DNA of 64,000 bases. Source: an uncultured delta proteobacterium (GTDB lineage Bacteria; Myxococcota_A; Polyangia; Fen-1088). The DNA lies in contig CAVYGB010000008.1 of assembly GCA_963767925.1 (NCBI GenBank), forward strand, positions 1,056,001 through 1,120,000, written 5' to 3'. The position numbers and the translations under genes are program-made. Positions 58,065-64,000 of the stretch are shown one piece after another. A model generated the notes under the pieces. It did no database searches. It had not been told where the DNA came from and saw only the letters and a program-made list of their open reading frames with translations. Every line of letters begins with the position of its first letter. Within the stretch, counting starts at the first letter, position 1.

Positions 58065-58598
58065 TCACGACGGGCGGGCGAGGGCTCGCCGCCGGGGGAA
58101 CAGACAGCTCCGCATCTGCTCGACCGGCACGTCGAATCGGCGGGCCAGCTCGGCGAGCACGAGCGGCGCCAGGCGTCCTTCGGGCGGGCGGGCGAAGGCC
58201 TCGACGAGGGCCCCGTCGAGCGCTTCCCCGGCCAGGAGCTCGGCCCGCGCCACAACCTCCGCCCCGACCGTGGCCCGGGCCGCCCGCCCGCGCCGGACCG
58301 TGGGGTCACCCTTGACCAGCAGGGCGGCGGTCATGAGGCGGTGGAAGGCCGCGATCCAGCCCATCCACGGCTCGGATGGCCCGCCCTCCGCGGCCAGCCG
58401 GGCGGCCCGCGCCCGCCGCAGGAGCTCGGCGGGTCCCAGCGTGTCGAGCTCCCGCAGCGAACCGGGGAAGCGCCGGGCGAGCTGGCGCAGCTCCTCCCGG
58501 GTGGCCTCCGGGCCTCCGCCGTCGCGCCGGGTGCGCAGGTGCACCAGGGCGTCGTACTTGTCTGCGAGCGCCAAGAGCTCGGCCGAGATCGGCGCCAT
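58065..58598 (-). CDS. Hypothetical protein (177 aa)
   Basis: Start at ATG 58598 (MAPISAELL...FPGSLRELD...) with TATACT 6 nt upstream; fills the gap between glgP and the cupredoxin gene. Confidence 0.62.
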   Translation of the reverse strand: MAPISAELLALADKYDALVHLRTRRDGGGPEATREELRQLARRFPGSLRELDTLGPAELLRRARAARLAAEGGPSEPWMGWIAAFHRLMTAALLVKGDPTVRRGRAARATVGAEVVARAELLAGEALDGALVEAFARPPEGRLAPLVLAELARRFDVPVEQMRSCLFPRRRALARPS

Positions 58599-58619
58599 CG
58601 ATGTAGTATACCGACCGTC
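58599..58619. promoter_or_regulatory. 21-bp divergent intergenic with overlapping -10 hexamers
   Basis: TATACT on - strand (58610-58605) and TAGTAT on + strand (58604-58609); no Shine-Dalgarno for either gene. Confidence 0.55.
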
Positions 58620-59042
58620 ATGAGCAAGCTCCGGGTCCACGTTCTGGTGGCTCTCGTCCTCGCCGTGGGGGCGTGCAAGAAGAATCAGCCGGCGGCGCCG
58701 CCCCCGTCCCCCGCGCCCGCGGCCGAGCCCGCCCCGCCTGCCCAGCCCCCGGCCCCCGCGGTGCCGTCGGCGTCGGGCAAGGTCGAGATGACCATCACGG
58801 AGGAGGGGTTCGTGCCGAGCCGCATCCTGGCGAAGGCTGGCCAGCCCCTGATCCTCGCCATCACCCGGAAGGCCGAGCGGACCTGCGCCACCGAGATCCT
58901 GTTTCACGGCCAGGAGGGCAAGACCGACCTGCCCCTCAACAAGACGGTCGAGGTGACCTACGTGCCCAAGTCGAGCGGACCGGTCAAGTTCGGCTGCGCG
59001 ATGGGCATGATGATCGGCGGCGTGATCGAGGTCAGCCCGTGA
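58620..59042 (+). CDS. Cupredoxin-domain lipoprotein (CupA-like)
   Basis: AVGAC lipobox, Pro linker, GFVPSRI..AGQP, TCATE, FGCAMGM..G.I.V. Confidence 0.82.
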   Translation: MSKLRVHVLVALVLAVGACKKNQPAAPPPSPAPAAEPAPPAQPPAPAVPSASGKVEMTITEEGFVPSRILAKAGQPLILAITRKAERTCATEILFHGQEGKTDLPLNKTVEVTYVPKSSGPVKFGCAMGMMIGGVIEVSP

Positions 59043-60402
59043 CCCGCCCCGACGCCCGGTAAGCGTCGGCCAGCAGCTCGATCGGGTGCTGGACCCGGAT
59101 GGGCAGGCCGGCCGCCCGCAGGCCGCCTCCGATCTGGAGGAGGCAGCCGGGGTTTCCGCTCGTCACGACGCTGGCCCCGCTGCGCTGGATGGCGGCGATC
59201 TTCCGATCGCCTATGCGGCCGGAGAGGGCCGGCTCGAGCAGGGAGTAGATCCCCGCGCTGCCGCAGCAGGCATCCGCCTCCTCGAGCGGCACCAGCGTGA
59301 GGCCGGGAACGCTGCGCAGCAGGCGCCGGGGGGCCTCGCTCACCTTCTGGGCGTGCAGCAGGTGGCAAGGCTCGTCGTAGGCCACCTTGCCGGTGATGGC
59401 CCCCGGGCCGGCGGGCGGCGCGAAGCCGATCTCACACAGGAACTCCGACACGTCCCGGATCCGGGCGCCGAAGGCGGCCGCTTCGGGGTCTCCGAGCAGC
59501 TCGCCGTAGTGACGGAGCTCGGCGCTGCAGCCGGCCGCGTTCGAGACGATGGCGTCGTAGCCACGCCCGGCGAACAGCCGCACGTTGTGGCGAGCCAGGT
59601 CCCGGGCCTGCTCCCGCGCGCCGTTGTGGATGTGCAGGGCTCCGCAGCAGCCCTCGTCGTCCAGCACCTCCACCTCGCACCCGTTTTCGGTGAGGACCCG
59701 GACCGTCGCCTCGTTGACCCCCGCAAAGAGCTGATCGGCCAGACAGCCGGTCACCAGCGCCACCTTGCGCCGCTGCTCGCCGCGGGCGGGAAAGACGTAC
59801 GCCTGGCGATCCCGGCGATGGGCCGGACTGTTCTGGGCCCGGAACGATCGCCGGGGCACGGGCGGCGCCTGCCGGGCCGCAGCCGCCAGGGCCCGGGGCA
59901 GGAGCTTGCGGCTGGCCAGCCAGCCGCCCAGTCGGGTGATCCGGCTGACCTCGAGGAGCCAGAGCAGCTTGAAAAGCAGCCCCTGGGCCAGGCGCGAGGG
60001 CAGTAGCACCGTGAACCCCAGCCAGCGCCCCAGCCGGGCCAACGCCCCCCGCTGCCGCACCGGCTCGAGCACCGTGCGCGTGTGCTCGAGGATGTTGCCG
60101 TACTCCACCCCGGAGGGGCAGGCCGTCTCGCAGGCCCGGCAGTCGAGGCACTGGTCCAGGTGGCGCAGGACCTGAGGGGAGGGGGCGATCTTGTTCTCCA
60201 GGAGTCCCCGCATGAGGTAGATGCGCCCTCGCGGCGAATCCATCTCCACCCGCAGCTCGCGGTAGGTCGGGCAGGCCTCCAGGCAGAGCCCACAGTGCAC
60301 ACAGGTGGCGACCTTCTCGAAAGAAGGCGCCCCCGGGGTGTCGAAGCCGAGGACCTTCAGAGCCGCAGGCGGCCGGGGTTCAAGATGCCGTTCGGATCCC
60401 AT
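59032..60402 (-). CDS. glcF: Glycolate oxidase Fe-S subunit
   Basis: CVHCGLCLEACPTY, SPRGR, CLDCRACETACPSGV, CCGALH, PCHL.H, CCGSAG, NPGC. Start approximate (AAGGAAG then ATG 60402). Confidence 0.9.
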   Translation of the reverse strand: MGSERHLEPRPPAALKVLGFDTPGAPSFEKVATCVHCGLCLEACPTYRELRVEMDSPRGRIYLMRGLLENKIAPSPQVLRHLDQCLDCRACETACPSGVEYGNILEHTRTVLEPVRQRGALARLGRWLGFTVLLPSRLAQGLLFKLLWLLEVSRITRLGGWLASRKLLPRALAAAARQAPPVPRRSFRAQNSPAHRRDRQAYVFPARGEQRRKVALVTGCLADQLFAGVNEATVRVLTENGCEVEVLDDEGCCGALHIHNGAREQARDLARHNVRLFAGRGYDAIVSNAAGCSAELRHYGELLGDPEAAAFGARIRDVSEFLCEIGFAPPAGPGAITGKVAYDEPCHLLHAQKVSEAPRRLLRSVPGLTLVPLEEADACCGSAGIYSLLEPALSGRIGDRKIAAIQRSGASVVTSGNPGCLLQIGGGLRAAGLPIRVQHPIELLADAYRASGRVTG

Positions 60403-61592
60403 GCTTCCTTGATGCTGCGACCGAGCCCATGGCTGCTGCCGCCCCAGGGGAGCGTTTCGCGGCCGGAGATGCCCAGGGGGGCCGCCTCGACAACGACGTA
60501 CCCGCGGCGGGCGCGAGCCCGGGTCTCCCAGTCCGCCAGCCGGGCGTTGAGCTCGGGGATGGGGGCGCGGGGCAGGCGGACGCGGGCCAGACCGGTGCCG
60601 GCCTGGCAGAAGACCGCGCGCGCGCCGACGCCCTCGAGATCGAAGCCCGCGAGCAGGCCGGGCAGGTCGTGCGGGCGGGCGCCGACCCGGATCGTGATCT
60701 GATCGGCGGCGCGGGCTGGCGCGTCCCGGAAGGCTTGCCACAGCCGCTCGGCGGCGCCGCCCTCCAGCAGGACCGCCTCCGCTGCCCGGGCCCGGAAGGC
60801 CTCCAGGTCGCGGACATGCCGATCGAACGCCGCCGCCGACCCCTCGAAGCCGACGATGGCGACCGCCGGGGTGCCCGGGAGCTCGGGGACCGAGGTCCGG
60901 AGGGCCGCCATGGCCCCCCCGTCGAGCCCCTCGAGCGCCACCGGGCGCAAGGCCGTGGCCCGCAGCTCGAGCAGGAGCGAGAGCGCGGCCGACAGGCAGT
61001 CCTGACCGAGGAGAAGGGCACCGAGCCGGGCCGGGCGGGTGCTGACCTTGAAGTGGGCCTCCACGATGACGCCGAGCACGCCCATGGCCCCGACCTGGGG
61101 GCGGTGCAGGTCGAACCCGCTCACGTTCTTGACCACCCGGCCACCCGAGCGGGTGACCTGGCCGCTGATCCCCACGCTGTGCAGCCCCAGCAGGTGATCT
61201 TTGATCGTTCCGTACCCAAGCCGGCGCGGCCCTGAGCTGGCGGTGGCGAGCACCCCGCCGACGGTAGCGTTGGCGTAAGGCGGGTCGATGGGGAGCCACT
61301 GGCGGTGTTCGGCCAGGGTTCGCTGCAGGTCCACCAGGCGCGTGCCAGCCCGCACGCTCACGACCATGTCCGCGGGATCGTAGGCGGTGATCTGCGACAG
61401 GCGCCGCATCGACAGCCGCCGGACCCGCTCTGGCGCCGCCGGTCCGTGGTGCCGCTTGGTGCCGTTGCCCTCGCAGAGCAGCGGCTGCCGGCGTGACGCG
61501 CACTCGCGCACCAGCTCGCCCAGCTCGTCTTCGCTGGCCGGCGCCAGGGCCGAGCCAGCGGGGGAGATCCCGGACGCGGGGGTGACCGACAT
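60357..61592 (-). CDS. glcE: Glycolate oxidase FAD-binding subunit GlcE
   Basis: YDPADM.V.V.AG, ATVGG..A...SGPRR..YG..KD, GGRVVKNVSGFD, WDP.GILNPGR; TGATG overlap. Confidence 0.88.
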   Translation of the reverse strand: MSVTPASGISPAGSALAPASEDELGELVRECASRRQPLLCEGNGTKRHHGPAAPERVRRLSMRRLSQITAYDPADMVVSVRAGTRLVDLQRTLAEHRQWLPIDPPYANATVGGVLATASSGPRRLGYGTIKDHLLGLHSVGISGQVTRSGGRVVKNVSGFDLHRPQVGAMGVLGVIVEAHFKVSTRPARLGALLLGQDCLSAALSLLLELRATALRPVALEGLDGGAMAALRTSVPELPGTPAVAIVGFEGSAAAFDRHVRDLEAFRARAAEAVLLEGGAAERLWQAFRDAPARAADQITIRVGARPHDLPGLLAGFDLEGVGARAVFCQAGTGLARVRLPRAPIPELNARLADWETRARARRGYVVVEAAPLGISGRETLPWGGSSHGLGRSIKEAWDPNGILNPGRLRL

Positions 61593-63112
61593 CAGTGACC
61601 CAGGGGCACCTTGCGGCCGCTGCCCGGACCGGGCTCCAGGCAGCGCCCCGGCGAGGGGATCACCTTGCCGGGGTTGCACAGGCCGCGCGGGTTGAAGACG
61701 TCGCGCAGCCGCCGCATCTCGGCCAGGCTGGCCTCGTCGAACAGCCGATCCATGTAGCCGATCTTCTCGAGGCCGATGCCGTGTTCACCTGACAGCGCCC
61801 CGCCGACCGAGATGACGAGCTTGAGGATCCCGTCCCCCGCCGCCTTGACCCGGGCCAGGACACCCGGCTGGCGCTCGTCGTACAGCACCACCGGGTGGAG
61901 GTTGCCGTCGCCAGCGTGAAAGACGTTTGCGATGGTGACCTGGTGCTCCTCGGCCAGACGGGCGATCTCGGCCAGCACCTCGGGCAGCCGCGTCCGGGGG
62001 ATGACCCCGTCGTGGGTGTAGTAGTTGGGAGCCAGCCGGCCCAGCGCCCCGAAGGCCTGCTTGCGGCCCTTCCACAGCTTGGCCCGCTCGGCATCGTCCC
62101 GGGCCAGACGCACCTCGCGCGCACCCGCTGCCCGGCATCCGGCGAGGACGGCGTCGGCCTGCTCGGGCAGCTCGTCCTCCAGCCCGTCGACCTCGATCAG
62201 CAGGACCGCCGCCGCGTCGAGCGGAAAGCCGGCCTGGATGTAAGCCTCCACCGCCCGGAGCGTGACCTGGTCGATGAGCTCGATGGCCGCCGGCGTGATG
62301 CCCCGCTGCAGGATCTCGGTCACCGCCCGGCAGGCGTCGGCCACCCGGTCGAACACGGCCAGCGCGGTCCGGACTCCCTCGGGCACCGGGGTGAGCCGCA
62401 CGAGGATCCTCGTCGCGATGCCGAAGGTCCCCTCCGAGCCAACGAAGGCAGACACCAGATCCAGCCCGGGCTGATCGGGCGCCGCCCCACCGAGCTCGAC
62501 CAGGCCGCCATCGGGCAGGACGACCTCCAGGGCCAGGACGTGGTTGGTTGTTACGCCGTATTTGAGGGTGTGGGGGCCGCCGGAGTTCTCCGCCACGTTG
62601 CCGCCGATGGTGCAGGCGTTCTGGCTGGAGGGGTCGGGGGCGTAATGAAGGCCGTGGGCCGCCACCGCCCGGGAGAGGTGGGCGTTGACCACCCCGGGGC
62701 CGACCCAGGCCTGCCGGTTGGGCAGGTCGATCTCGTGGATCTGGTTCAGGCGGGCGGTCGAGATGAGGACGCTGTCGACCGCGACCGCCCCGCCCGACAG
62801 GCCGGTGCCGGCGCCCCGGGCCAGGAAGGGGACCCCCTGGGCGGCGCAGATCTTCACGACGGCGACCACCTCCTCGGTGGTGGCGGGGAAGGTCACCGCC
62901 AGGGGCAGCCCGCGATCGAGGGTCTGGCCGTCGCACTCGTAGGCGAACAGGTCCTCGCTGCCGAGCACCACCCGATCGGCCGGGAGCAGGCGCTGGAGCT
63001 GGGCGCGCACGGCCAGCTTCGCCGCCGCGGGCACGGCGGCGGCGACATCGGCCAGCTCGGAGCCGGAGGCTCCGGGCGGCGGCAGGGCCGGCTGGCTGGC
63101 TCGCTGTTTCAT
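61592..63112 (-). CDS. glcD: Glycolate oxidase subunit GlcD
   Basis: ARGAGTGLSGG, YAPDPSSQ.ACTIGGNVAENSGGPH.LKYG, HAGDGNLHP, GEHGIG.EK, NPGK. Confidence 0.92.
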   Translation of the reverse strand: MKQRASQPALPPPGASGSELADVAAAVPAAAKLAVRAQLQRLLPADRVVLGSEDLFAYECDGQTLDRGLPLAVTFPATTEEVVAVVKICAAQGVPFLARGAGTGLSGGAVAVDSVLISTARLNQIHEIDLPNRQAWVGPGVVNAHLSRAVAAHGLHYAPDPSSQNACTIGGNVAENSGGPHTLKYGVTTNHVLALEVVLPDGGLVELGGAAPDQPGLDLVSAFVGSEGTFGIATRILVRLTPVPEGVRTALAVFDRVADACRAVTEILQRGITPAAIELIDQVTLRAVEAYIQAGFPLDAAAVLLIEVDGLEDELPEQADAVLAGCRAAGAREVRLARDDAERAKLWKGRKQAFGALGRLAPNYYTHDGVIPRTRLPEVLAEIARLAEEHQVTIANVFHAGDGNLHPVVLYDERQPGVLARVKAAGDGILKLVISVGGALSGEHGIGLEKIGYMDRLFDEASLAEMRRLRDVFNPRGLCNPGKVIPSPGRCLEPGPGSGRKVPLGH

Positions 63113-63220
63113 GGGCTCACGCAGAGCGGCGTCGGTGGCGACGCGGCCTGGGACCCTCTAGCAGGCTCACCTGGGGCGGCGCAAATCTCTCGGAACCCGG
63201 CCGGCGGCGCCAGAACGCGC

Positions 63221-64000
63221 TCAGCTCGGCTGCGGCAGCTCGACCCGCAGGTGGGTGCGGCGGGTGAACCAGACCAGCGCCACCAGGCCGATCACGACGG
63301 CAAACCAGAGCGTGCACAGGCGGGTGACGAAGGTGGCGGCGGTGGCCGTTCCCCGGCCGATGCCGGTCCCCAGCTTGACGAGCAGGGCGAGCATGCCGGC
63401 CTCGGTGACGCCGAGGCCGCCGGGGAGGAAGGAGAGGGCCCCGGCGATGGTCATCGTGGCATAGATGAAGGTCGCGGCCTGGTGCTCGATGTGGGCGCCG
63501 GGGAACCCGCGCACCACGATCCAGAAGGCCAGGCACTCGAGGTACCAGCTCACCACCGAGAGCAGGAGCGCCAGGCCGAGCGGCGCCGGGCGCAGCAGGC
63601 TGGCGGTGCTCTCGTAGAACTCGCCGAGCTTGCCCGACAGCCGGGACAGGCCAGGCACCCGCACGAGCAGCCGGATCGCCCCCCGGGCCAGCGGCTCGAC
63701 CGTGACCACCACCAGCCCGAGCACGATGACGATCGCCGCCGCGACGAGGAAGCCCCGGTCCACCTCGAAGGTGAAGGCCCCCACCGCCGCCAGCACGAGC
63801 AGGCCGGCCAGGTCGGTGAGGCGTTCGGCCAGCACGATGGGGGCCGTACGGGCTGCCGGGATGCCCCGGGACTGGCGCAGGAGGAGCGCCTTGACCGCCT
63901 CGCCGAGCTTGCCCGGGGTGACGGTGAGGGCGAACCCGCCCAGGAACACCAGCAGGCTCTCGCCCGCCGGCACGGTCAGCCCCAGCACCCGGAGGTAGTA
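63221..64000 (-). CDS. UPF0104/lysylphosphatidylglycerol synthase TM-region (flippase-like) protein, 5' end off window
   Basis: TPGKLGE..K, ERLTD, AGALSFLPGGLGVTEA, TRLCTLW. Confidence 0.85.
   Translation of the reverse strand, partial: YYLRVLGLTVPAGESLLVFLGGFALTVTPGKLGEAVKALLLRQSRGIPAARTAPIVLAERLTDLAGLLVLAAVGAFTFEVDRGFLVAAAIVIVLGLVVVTVEPLARGAIRLLVRVPGLSRLSGKLGEFYESTASLLRPAPLGLALLLSVVSWYLECLAFWIVVRGFPGAHIEHQAATFIYATMTIAGALSFLPGGLGVTEAGMLALLVKLGTGIGRGTATAATFVTRLCTLWFAVVIGLVALVWFTRRTHLRVELPQPS

Overview
A very GC-rich (roughly 70% by eye), gene-dense stretch of core chromosome. It is most likely from a Myxococcota (myxobacterium-like) genome, inferred from a GltJ/AgmX-like protein, a eukaryote-like Ser/Thr kinase, a giant TPR protein and Cys-rich lipoproteins. 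Contents in order: a heme-copper oxidase operon with a divergent Nramp-like transporter and SCO gene; a kinase; a radical SAM/ABC operon; tRNA-His; a DUF4398/OmpA pair; DsbA; a partial complex I operon (nuoABCD-G-H-I); an unannotated 6S-like RNA; mreBCD-mrdA-rodA; PpiD/SurA; a TPR protein; RlmM; fbaB; a glycogen cluster (GH57/DUF3536, glgC, glgP); and glcDEF. No integrase, transposase, prophage or CRISPR array was seen. The strongest unusual signal is the oxidase. Its subunit I is A1-type (GHPEVY, intact D-channel), but by manual alignment the K-channel residues are replaced in both subunits I and II. The operon also carries an extra CxxC micro-protein, a His-rich subunit II tail and two subunit III paralogs. 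Two genes have single-base frameshifts that may be assembly errors. All calls come from reading motifs by eye; no database searches were run.
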